Source: an uncultured Lachnospiraceae bacterium
Lineage (GTDB): Bacteria; Bacillota; Clostridia; Lachnospirales; Lachnospiraceae
Assembly: GCA_910579395.1 (NCBI GenBank)
Contig: CAJTUC010000019.1
Location: forward strand, 3,535 to 67,534
Reading direction: 5' to 3'
Length of the DNA stretch: 64,000 nt
Of the stretch, positions 44,479 through 53,700 are shown in pieces. Within the stretch, counting starts at the first letter, position 1; each line of letters starts with the position of its first letter. The notes under the pieces are model-generated. The model was not told the origin of the DNA. It saw only the letters and a program-made list of their open reading frames with translations, and made no database searches. The position numbers and the translations under genes are program-made.

Positions 44479-45540
44479 TCAATAGGTTCTCGTATCCAGA
44501 TATTCATCTACATTTTCCTTTGTGAAGACTTTTTCTTCCACAATGTTTTCTTTATCTACCGTTTCGCCGTTCTCCAGCTTTCGGAGAATCTCCAAAATAT
44601 ACTCTCCCTGCTCCGGATTACATTCAATATCCACATTGATAACTCCCTGCGCCACAAGTTCCAATGCCTCACGGACCGCGTCAAAAGAAATCAGAATGAC
44701 CTCACCGTCCACCCCTGTTGTTATGCCTTCATCCTCCATCGCCTGCAGGGCTCCAAACGTCATATCATCGTTCTGGGAAATGACCACATCGATATCCGAA
44801 TAGGTCATGAGAAACGCCTCCATGACCTCTTTTCCTTTTGCCGTCGTAAAATCCGCCGGTTCCTGCTTCAGAATATGCCAGTTTGGATGCTCTCTGGCAA
44901 TGTTTTGAAATCCTTTCGTACGCTCAAGCTGAGCCGATGAACCGACCGTTCCCTGTAATACGACAATGTTGATTTCCTCTTCTTCCCGGCCTTCCGCTTT
45001 CAGGTAATCTTCCAGCCAGATACCCGCCTTTTCCCCCTCGCTGACCATATCGGAACCCACCCATGCCGTATAAAGCGAAGCGTCCTCAAGGGAAGCCTTT
45101 CTGTCTACCAGGATCACCGGAATCCCCGCTTCCTTCGCTTCCTGCAGCACGGTTTCCCATCCGTTTTCCGTGGCCGGCGAAAACAGGATATAATCCACCC
45201 GCTGCGAAATAAATCCCCGAATCGCCTTAATCTGATTTTCCTGTTTCTGCCGGGCATTATTAAATTCCAGAAAAAAACCATTCTCTCTCGTCAATGCACC
45301 CTGAATGGACTCCGAATTGGCAGTCCGCCAGACCGATTCACTGCCGAGCTGGGAAAAGCCGACGACAATCAGATTCTCTTCCTCACCGGGTACCTTCTCC
45401 AAACGATTTGCTTCCGGCACGACATCCTGAAAAGAACCACAGCCGGCCACCGACGCCAAAAGTAACGCCCAGAGCAGAACGACGCAAAACAGCCTTTCAT
45501 ATTTATGATCATGTTCCTTTCTCAGCCTGCGATGTCTCAT
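44479..45540 (-). CDS. PBP1 sugar-binding lipoprotein, probable sensory partner of the kinase
   Basis: Lipobox SVAGC. Ribose/xylose-binding-like fold. Located between the kinase and the regulator. The start region is unusual (see findings). Confidence 0.8.
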   Translation of the reverse strand: MRHRRLRKEHDHKYERLFCVVLLWALLLASVAGCGSFQDVVPEANRLEKVPGEEENLIVVGFSQLGSESVWRTANSESIQGALTRENGFFLEFNNARQKQENQIKAIRGFISQRVDYILFSPATENGWETVLQEAKEAGIPVILVDRKASLEDASLYTAWVGSDMVSEGEKAGIWLEDYLKAEGREEEEINIVVLQGTVGSSAQLERTKGFQNIAREHPNWHILKQEPADFTTAKGKEVMEAFLMTYSDIDVVISQNDDMTFGALQAMEDEGITTGVDGEVILISFDAVREALELVAQGVINVDIECNPEQGEYILEILRKLENGETVDKENIVEEKVFTKENVDEYLDTRTY

Positions 45541-47029
45541 AGGTATCTCCTTCCGGGGAATCCTCCATACGTTGTGCCGGTATCATGACCCGTACTTCCG
45601 TTCCCTCGCCTTTTTGGGATAAAATCGTCAGCCCGTACGCCATTCCGAAATTCATCCGAAGCCTTTCGTTCACATTTGCCAGTCCAAAACCGGATTCCGT
45701 TTCCTGACAGGGGCGCGTGATTTCTTTCTGAAGCCGCTTTAATTCCTCTTCCTCCATCCCCACACCATTGTCCTTTACACACAGACAGATCTTTTTTTCC
45801 CGTCCTTCCTGTATCATGAAACCGCTGATCGTAATCTTTCCCTTCGCTCTTTTATATTTAATTCCATGATACAGCGCATTTTCCACAAGAGGCTGCAGCG
45901 TCAGCTTCAGAATCCTGTATGGATAAAGCGCCGGCTCAATGGAAATCTCATAATCGAGAATATCATGATAACGCACCTGCTGGATTTCCAGATAACTGCG
46001 GATATGAAGTTCCTCGTCTTTAATTGTAATAAATTCCTTGCCATGGCTCAATACCAGACGGAAAAAATCCGATAACGACACGACCATATCGACCGCCTGC
46101 TCCGATAAATTCCCCTCAATCAGCCAAATGATCGTATCCAGCGTATTATATAGAAAATGAGGATTGATCTGTTCCTGCAGCAGGCGCAGCTCCGCATAAC
46201 GCATCTTCCGTTCATCCTCTTTGATCTGACTCACCATGACTTCAAGGTGTTTTGACATTTCATTCACGCTGTCGGCCAGCTGTGACACTTCATCCCTCGT
46301 CTCAACGCCGGCTCTCGCGGAAAAATCCCCCGCCGAAATCTGCCTTGTCACACCGCAAAGTTCCCTGATCGGCCTTGTGATGCCGTTGGCGATAAAGGAA
46401 GATAAAAGCAGGATACAGATAATCAGGCAGAAGAGCAGCGCCGTCCACAGCACAATGAATTTCTGTACCTGATCGTTTAACTGCACCTTTAAGTTTTCAA
46501 TACTCTTAGTCTGATAATAAATATAATACTGGATATCATCCTGAATCAACTCCGTCAGAATATAAATATTGTTATCCAGCATTTCAATATTTTCATCATA
46601 ATGACCGCCTTCTTCCAGATTGAGCTTAATATCATCTACCCTGTCTTCCAGCGTATCGATATTGCGCAGCAGCCGCTGCAGCCATGATTTACTATCCTTA
46701 TCTGTCGTGATCCGCATCAGGACACCGAAATCTTCCCGCAGTTCCTCGATGACCTGATAAGGATCCTCCAACGTCTCATCACTGCTGATATTCTCAAAAG
46801 TCACGGCACCCACCACCAGCTTATAGAGGCTCTCGTCCATCTCTTCCTTAAAGTTCAGATTATAGCTGTTGGCAATCGTCATATTGCTGACGATCTCATC
46901 GTAAGCATAGCTGTAATTCCGAAGAGAAAAAATCAGATAAATCGTAATACATACAAAGGGCAGCACCGTTCCTAAAATTATGATCATCAGCTTATTCTTC
47001 AGCGAATATTTATTCTTAGATTTATTCAT
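45509..47029 (-). CDS. sensor histidine kinase (YesM/LytS-like: 2 TM, HAMP, His_kinase, HATPase)
   Basis: HAMP region, the QINPHFLYNTL H-box typical of the LytS/YesM class, and a C-terminal ATPase G-box. Confidence 0.9.
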   Translation of the reverse strand: MNKSKNKYSLKNKLMIIILGTVLPFVCITIYLIFSLRNYSYAYDEIVSNMTIANSYNLNFKEEMDESLYKLVVGAVTFENISSDETLEDPYQVIEELREDFGVLMRITTDKDSKSWLQRLLRNIDTLEDRVDDIKLNLEEGGHYDENIEMLDNNIYILTELIQDDIQYYIYYQTKSIENLKVQLNDQVQKFIVLWTALLFCLIICILLLSSFIANGITRPIRELCGVTRQISAGDFSARAGVETRDEVSQLADSVNEMSKHLEVMVSQIKEDERKMRYAELRLLQEQINPHFLYNTLDTIIWLIEGNLSEQAVDMVVSLSDFFRLVLSHGKEFITIKDEELHIRSYLEIQQVRYHDILDYEISIEPALYPYRILKLTLQPLVENALYHGIKYKRAKGKITISGFMIQEGREKKICLCVKDNGVGMEEEELKRLQKEITRPCQETESGFGLANVNERLRMNFGMAYGLTILSQKGEGTEVRVMIPAQRMEDSPEGDTYETSQAEKGT

Positions 47030-47150
47030 AGATCATTCTTCCTTATTGCGCTTTCATGAAAAACGTTGTACTATTAAAGCAATTAGTCTTTCATTCCGTA
47101 CTTTAATTATTTAACATAATTATTTAACATAAGAAAGGTATACTACCGAA

Positions 47151-48239
47151 ATGAATTCTTCCTGGCTTCAAAAAGCAATCGGCTATATTAATAAAGATAC
47201 CAGCGAGCAGAACGAATCTCCCAAACTGATTGTCGTTATTAGAATTCTGGTTCTTTCCATGCTTTTTTATATTATCATAAACAGTATAATCTATGTCAGT
47301 ATTCTAAACAATATTGGAATTGCAATTTTATTTGCTTCTTTTCTGATCTTCCTGGCTATTTTTTTAATGTCCTATCACGTTCACACGACCAGAGTCGTAT
47401 ACACACTGGCTTTGTGCATGTCGGCATGGATCGTCGTTAATATTGTCTATTTCGGCTGGGATGTCGGCGTACAGCATTTCATTCTTGTCATGCTCATCCT
47501 CAGCTTTTTTTCCGGCTATTCACAATATACCTTCAAAGCCTTTACCGCCGCCGTGCTCTGCTGTTTCCGCATTTATCTGTTCTTTCTGTGCCAAAGCCGG
47601 GAGCCGGCCGTTATCCTTACGCCAATAATGACCAATTCTCTGCAGATCATCAACACGCTCATGATCTTCTGGTGTATTTCCGTGATCGCCTATGTATTCA
47701 GCAAAGACTCGCAGGCACTGGAAGGAAAACTGATCGATTATAATAACCTGCTGCAGGATCAGGCCAATACGGATGCACTGACCGGATTATATAACCGCCG
47801 GAAAGCAATGCAGTATTTGGAAGAACTCCTGACGCCTTCCAATCATGACTTTACAAGCATTTGTATCTGCGATATCGATTTTTTTAAAAAAGTTAACGAC
47901 AACTATGGTCATGACGTGGGTGATATTGTTCTGCAGAATCTTGCCGATATTATGACGACAACATTGGAGAAAAATATTCTGGCCGCCAGATGGGGCGGCG
48001 AGGAATTTCTGCTCGTCTTTTCAGGCTACAATGGCGACGAGGCCTATGCAAAACTGGAAACCCTCAGAAATAATATCAAGTCCCTTGAATTTAAGGCCAA
48101 AGAGCAGACCTTTTCCATTACGATGACCTTCGGCCTGGCTGAATATGATTTCAGTTCCGACATCGATACGATCATCAAGGAAGCGGACGAGAAACTATAT
48201 ATGGGCAAGGAGAACGGAAGAGATCAGATTGTTTTTTAA
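47151..48239 (+). CDS. membrane diguanylate cyclase (multi-TM N-terminus, GGEEF)
   Basis: About 6 TM segments, then a GGDEF domain with RWGGEEFLLVF. Confidence 0.85.
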   Translation: MNSSWLQKAIGYINKDTSEQNESPKLIVVIRILVLSMLFYIIINSIIYVSILNNIGIAILFASFLIFLAIFLMSYHVHTTRVVYTLALCMSAWIVVNIVYFGWDVGVQHFILVMLILSFFSGYSQYTFKAFTAAVLCCFRIYLFFLCQSREPAVILTPIMTNSLQIINTLMIFWCISVIAYVFSKDSQALEGKLIDYNNLLQDQANTDALTGLYNRRKAMQYLEELLTPSNHDFTSICICDIDFFKKVNDNYGHDVGDIVLQNLADIMTTTLEKNILAARWGGEEFLLVFSGYNGDEAYAKLETLRNNIKSLEFKAKEQTFSITMTFGLAEYDFSSDIDTIIKEADEKLYMGKENGRDQIVF

Positions 48240-48322
48240 TCCTGTAACAAAAGATATTCAATGAATGATGCCCTGCTTCTGTACATATACTTAATCAAAA
48301 CCGTCAGAAGCGGGGGATTTTT

Positions 48323-50179
48323 TTGAAAAAAAAGCTTTCTCCCAAACAATGGGCAGGGGCAATTCTATTATTGTTCCTCTTTATCTTATTCACGCTCTTT
48401 CTTTACAGCCGGTTCCACGAAGATGCCCGGTTCGAAAAATTTGCCGAAAAATTTTTCCTGACGGAGTTATGCTCCAACCCCGTCACTTTCCACTATACCC
48501 TTTCTGAGCCTGCCGCATACGAAATCGACGAAAGCACGCTCACCCTTCCGGTATACCATGCCGGTCAGGCATCCGAAGAACTGGAAAAAATCCGAACCGT
48601 TCTAGTCGCTCTACGGAAATTTCATCCCGAAAACATGTCCGCAGCGAACCAATACACTTATATACTGCTCTCCACTTATCTGACTGCCGCCGAGAACTGC
48701 TCTTCCTATCTTTATTATGAAGAACCACTTTCACCTTCCTCAGGTGTGCAGTCCTCTCTTCCGGTGCTGCTTGCCGAATACCGGTTATCTTCCGCAAAGG
48801 ATATCGAAAATTATCTGTCCATCCTTTCCCAGATTCCGGCTTATCTGGAGGGTATCGCGCTCTATGAACGGGAAAAAGCGCAATACGGACTTTTTATGTC
48901 TGATGCTTCCGCTGATAAGGTAATTGAACAATGCGACACGCTGATGGACAGACAGGCTCTGGAAGCCGAAAGCCACTTCCTGGAAACCACCTTCACACAG
49001 CGGCTTACAAAACTCGTTGAGCAGGGCCTTATCGAAACATCAGAAGCTGAGCAATGGCAGGCGGAGAATAAGCGTCTGCTCACAACAGTCGTTGCCCCTG
49101 CCTATGACAGGCTCGCCGATGAACTGACTTTGCTAAAAGGCAGCGGAACGAATACGCAGGGGCTTGCCTGTTATGAAAACGGCAGAGAATATTACCAGGC
49201 CTATCTTCGCCTGTCAACCGGCTCCTACCGCACAGTTCCCGAAATTAAAAAAATGCTTTCCAATGATTTTGAAAAAAATTATGTTTCTCTTATCACACTT
49301 TTGCGGGAATATCCGGCGCTAAGCGATTCACTTCCTTCCGTGAACAGTACTTTTCCGACGGTCTCTCCCGAAAAGATACTCGCCGGACTGCAGCAAATGA
49401 TCACGGAAGATTTTCCGGCCATTCCACAGCAGACCGGCTGTACCGTCAAATATGTTGACGAAGCGCTGGAACCATACTCCGCGCCTGCTTTCTACATGGT
49501 ACCCCCCATCGATGACATGGCGGAAAATACGATATACATTAATCGATTAGATACCGCCGAAGGGCTTTCTCTTTTTACCACGCTCGCGCACGAAGGGTAC
49601 CCGGGACATCTTTATCAGACCGTATACAGCGGTTCCTATTTACGTTCCATCGGTGCCAGCCCTCTGCGGAGCATTCTGTCTTACGGCGGTTATACAGAAG
49701 GATGGGCGACCTATACGGAGCTCCTATCCTATGATTATACTATCCGGCTGACCAAAGATATGCATCCCGAAACGGAAGCTCTTTATCTGGCAGAAAAACT
49801 GAACCGCCAGATTCAGTTATGTCTTTATTCCATACTGGACATTATCATCCACTATGAAGGCGCACCGTACGAAAGAGTCTGCGAAATCCTCTCCGCCATA
49901 GGCATTTCAGAAGATGAGACTATGCGCGCCGTTTACGAATACATCATTGAGGAACCCTGTAATTATCTGAAATACTATCTGGGCTATCTGGAAATCGAAG
50001 CACTGAAAGAACAGGCCGAAACCATCTGGACAGAGAGTTCCGGAGAAGGAGCTTTTACCCTGTACCGTTTTCACAGATTCCTGCTCGAAAACGGCCCTGC
50101 GGATTTCAGGATTCTCTCCCGTCTGCTGGAGACCACCCGCCTGAATGGACGGTCTTACCTGTTGGAAAAAAAGAATTGA
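48323..50179 (+). CDS. DUF885-family protein with an N-terminal membrane anchor
   Basis: HEGYPGHLYQ motif. TTG start 5 nt after GGGGGA. Confidence 0.7.
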   Translation: MKKKLSPKQWAGAILLLFLFILFTLFLYSRFHEDARFEKFAEKFFLTELCSNPVTFHYTLSEPAAYEIDESTLTLPVYHAGQASEELEKIRTVLVALRKFHPENMSAANQYTYILLSTYLTAAENCSSYLYYEEPLSPSSGVQSSLPVLLAEYRLSSAKDIENYLSILSQIPAYLEGIALYEREKAQYGLFMSDASADKVIEQCDTLMDRQALEAESHFLETTFTQRLTKLVEQGLIETSEAEQWQAENKRLLTTVVAPAYDRLADELTLLKGSGTNTQGLACYENGREYYQAYLRLSTGSYRTVPEIKKMLSNDFEKNYVSLITLLREYPALSDSLPSVNSTFPTVSPEKILAGLQQMITEDFPAIPQQTGCTVKYVDEALEPYSAPAFYMVPPIDDMAENTIYINRLDTAEGLSLFTTLAHEGYPGHLYQTVYSGSYLRSIGASPLRSILSYGGYTEGWATYTELLSYDYTIRLTKDMHPETEALYLAEKLNRQIQLCLYSILDIIIHYEGAPYERVCEILSAIGISEDETMRAVYEYIIEEPCNYLKYYLGYLEIEALKEQAETIWTESSGEGAFTLYRFHRFLLENGPADFRILSRLLETTRLNGRSYLLEKKN

Positions 50180-50592
50180 TTGATACGCTGTAAAGCCTTC
50201 TCCAACACCAGTTTTTCCTCTTCCGAGAGCGGCTCCACGATTGCATTGACCATTTTCTCGTGGAATTTCTGATGATGGAGAAAGGCCTGCTTTCCCTTCT
50301 CCGTAAGAGAAACGAGTACGACTCTTCTGTCCTCTTCGCTCCTGACCCTCTCTACATAATTCTTTTTCACGAGACTGTTAATGGAAATTGTCAGCGTTCC
50401 TGTCGTAACACGCAGCATTTTGGCGACCGTTGACATATTCTTCTTTTCTCCAATGCCAATCGCCTCTATGACATGGATATCATTCGTCGTAAGGTCTTTA
50501 TATTCTCCCGTACGAATTGCTCTTTCTTCAATTTCATTAATATTCCTGAATGTTTTGACCAGCACATCATTCAGGGTGTTATTTATATCCAT
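50155..50592 (-). CDS. MarR-family transcriptional regulator
   Basis: Winged-helix region (MSTVAKMLRVTTGTLTISINSLVKKNYVERVRSEEDRRVV). Confidence 0.85.
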   Translation of the reverse strand: MDINNTLNDVLVKTFRNINEIEERAIRTGEYKDLTTNDIHVIEAIGIGEKKNMSTVAKMLRVTTGTLTISINSLVKKNYVERVRSEEDRRVVLVSLTEKGKQAFLHHQKFHEKMVNAIVEPLSEEEKLVLEKALQRINQFFFSNR

Positions 50593-50637
50593 TTCTATCC
50601 CCCCCCTGTCCGCTTTGTGGACACTTACTCAACTCAT

Positions 50638-50749
50638 GGAGAATGACTCGCAGAGACATTCTCCAGTGTAAGAAAGACTTGCTCCGCAAGTCGTAGAACT
50701 TCTTCACGAAGCGGCCTCTGCCGCGAGTGTTAGAAGTTCTTCTTACGCT
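50638..50749. repeat. structured intergenic repeat, copy 3 (divergent, compensated)
   Basis: P0 GGAGAATG..CATTCTCC. P1 AGTGTAAGAA/TTCTTACGCT. P2 GACTTGC/GCAAGTC. P3 AGAACTTCT/AGAAGTTCT. P4 CAC-GAA-GCGGC-CTCT-GCCGC-GA-GTG. Confidence 0.9.
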
Positions 50750-50750
50750 T

Positions 50751-53700
50751 TTATTCGATCGATTTCAGAGATTCCGCCATATTAATCTTCTCCAGCTTAA
50801 AGAACATCAGCCCGTTGACGAACACCGCAAAAACAAACGTGAGCACAAAACTCCATAAATAGCTGACAGGTTCGATCAGTGTCTTAAAAGACACCATGTC
50901 GATATTGATATTGTACATGACAAACCAGTGCAGCCACTTCCCAAGCCCAAGTCCGACAATGGCTCCCATACCCGTCAGCACCAGATTTTCCCGGAAAACA
51001 TAGTCCGCCGTTTCCTTCGCATAAAAACCAAGTACCTTAATTGTCGCAATTTCCCGGATCCGCTCTGTAATATTAATATTGGTCAGATTATAGAGCACGA
51101 TAAAAGCGAGGCTTCCGGCGCAGATAATGATCAGCGCAACAATATAATTCATGCTTTCCATCATCGAGCCAATCCTGTCCCGCATATCCTGTGTCACAGA
51201 AACGGCAAGAACATTGTCTCTGTCGGAAATCTCTGCAGCCGCTTCGTGTATATCGACGCCTTCCGACACGACAGCATAGGCGCTCTTATATTCCGGCTCC
51301 ATACCGAGCTGTTCCGCATAAGTTTCTTTATTCATATAGATATAATTATAGACAAAATTTTCACAAAGAGCGGATACCGTCACCGTGAGCGTGTTCATAT
51401 CGCTGTCACGCAGCGTCACCTTATCTCCCACTTTGATACCCATATTTTCCGCCATCTTTGCAGTCAGGACCGCCCCTCCCGCCGCAGGATACGGAATCGG
51501 CTCTCCGCTCTGTGTGTGAAGATTTAAAAACGTACTGATTTCCTCCACATTTTCCGGAATCATCAGATTAACCGATTTTGTCCTCCCGCTGAAATCCAAA
51601 TCGACGCTCTCTTCATAATGACAGGCTGTCTGCTCCAGCTTCCCGTCTAACTGTTCTGCCATCGCTCCGATATCCGCTCCCTGCACGCTTTCTGAGAAAG
51701 TGATGCCAATATCAAATATCTGAATTTCATCATACTGCATATCCGCAATATTTGTCACGGAATCTTTTACGCCATAGCCCGTAACGAGCAGTGCCGTACA
51801 GCCGCTGATACCAAGAATCATCATAAAAAACCGCTTTTTATATCTGAACAGGTTCCGCACGGAAACCTTGTGCAGAAACTTCATCCTGCCCCAGATAAAG
51901 GATACCTTTTCCAGGAAAATACGCTTGCCGCTCTTGGGTGCTTTTGGCCTGATCAGATTTGCCGGAACGCTGTACAGTTCGTACCTGCAGGAAAAATACG
52001 CCGCCCCCATGGAGCAGAGAAGCGCTGCCGCCAGAGACAGGACAGCGACCCAGACATCAAAATAGTATTCGATTTCTCCCATGCTGTACATAATACCGTA
52101 ACCAATCCATATGACTCTCGGAAACAGCCATGTACCGCCCGCAAAACCAACCACCGCACCAAGCGCCGCCGCAGAACCGGCATAGAACAGAAACTTTCCC
52201 ATGATGGCGGCATTTCCATAACCAAGTGCCTTTAAAATCCCAATCTGTGTCCTCTGTTCCTCTACCATCCTGTTCATCGTTGTCATGCAGATCAACGCCG
52301 CCACCAGGAAAAAGAAAATGGGGAATACATTGGCTATCGCCGCAACAATATTGGAGTCACTTTCATAACAGGCGTATCCGATATTGGTATTCCGGGTCAG
52401 CACATAGGAATCCGGTGCTTCGATATCTGCAAGTTCCTCCCGCGCATCGTCTATTTTCTGCTGGGCATCCGCTACCTCTACTTCAAATTCGGCTTTCGCA
52501 TCCTCATACTCCGTGCGGGCATCGGCAAGTTCCAGTTTACCGTCCTCCAAATCCGCCCTGCCTTCCTCCAGTTCCGTCTGTGCATCCGAAAGGTCCGTTT
52601 TCGCCTGGGCAAGTTCTGCTTTCCCGTTCTCTAACTCCACCTTTCCCTCTTCCAGTTCAGTCTTGGCATCGGCAAGCTGCACTTTGCCATCCTCAAGTTC
52701 CGTTCTGGCATTCGTTATTTCCGTTTTGGCCGCTGTCAGCTCTTCCTCCGCTTCCAGAAGCACTTTTTCCTGATAGGCAATCTCATCTTTTGCAATGCTA
52801 ATCTGCTCTTTTCCCTCCTGAAACGCCGCTTTGCCGGCATCGATCTGTACAAGTCCGGCCTGAATCTGCGCAATCCCTTCCTGTAACTGCGCCTTTCCGG
52901 CCTGTATCTCTCCGAGTCCGGCATCGATCTGACCGATTCCCGCCTGCAATTCCGCCCTGCCTGCCTGTATCTGGCCAAGGCCCGCTTCAAGCTGGCTCAT
53001 TTGTGCGTCATAATCTTCCTGCGAAATTCCTCCAGCTTCCAGATAACCTTTTAACGCTTCTTTCTGTGCGTTCAATTCCGCTTCCTGTCCGGCGAGTTCT
53101 GCATCCTGCGCCGAAAGGGTATCCTTCTGCGCGCTCAGTCCCGACTCCTGTGTCGAGAGCGCATCGAGCTGTGTTGAAAGTTCGGTCTCCTGCCCGGCAA
53201 GTTCCGCTTCCTGCGCGAGCACTGCCGCTTCCTGTTCGAGCAGCAGCGTTTCTTTTTCCTGCAGCATTTCTTTTGCCTGCGCCAGTTCGTCCTTACCGTT
53301 CGCCAGCTTTATTTCGTTCTCAAAGATTTCCCATTCATGCAGGGCAAGTTCCGTTTCCGCATCCTGAATTTCCAGTTCCTTATCCTGAATCTCCTGCTCT
53401 CCGTCCAGAATTTCCTGTTCGCCATCCAGAATTTCCTGCTCGTGGTCAGCAATTTCTTTTGTTCCGTCCGTAATCTTCTGTTCACCGTCGGCAATTTCCT
53501 GCTCCCCGTCTAATAATTCCTGTTCACCGTCCTCAATTTTCTGCAGAGCATCGTTCAGCTCCTCCTCCGCTTCCGCTTTCTTATCGTCCAGTTCTGTCTG
53601 GGCATCGTCAATCTTTTCCTGCGCTTCGGCAATCAGTTTTTCATATCGTTGCTGCGCGAGCGCTTCCGTTTTTTCCTCCATCCCGTCCTGAAGAGAATCG

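Noticed and set aside
50155-50179. The 25-nt convergent overlap of the DUF885 and MarR gene ends, considered as a regulatory antisense arrangement
   Set aside because: Short convergent overlaps are common in compact genomes. No additional structure or motif was seen, so it is not worth a separate claim.
52226-53473. Proline/serine-rich plus-strand ORFs (52226-52801, 52513-52773, 53003-53473) opposite the permease gene
   Set aside because: These are an artefact of reading the antisense of GAG/CAG/GCC-rich coiled-coil repeats. The frames stay open only because the sense strand is repetitive.
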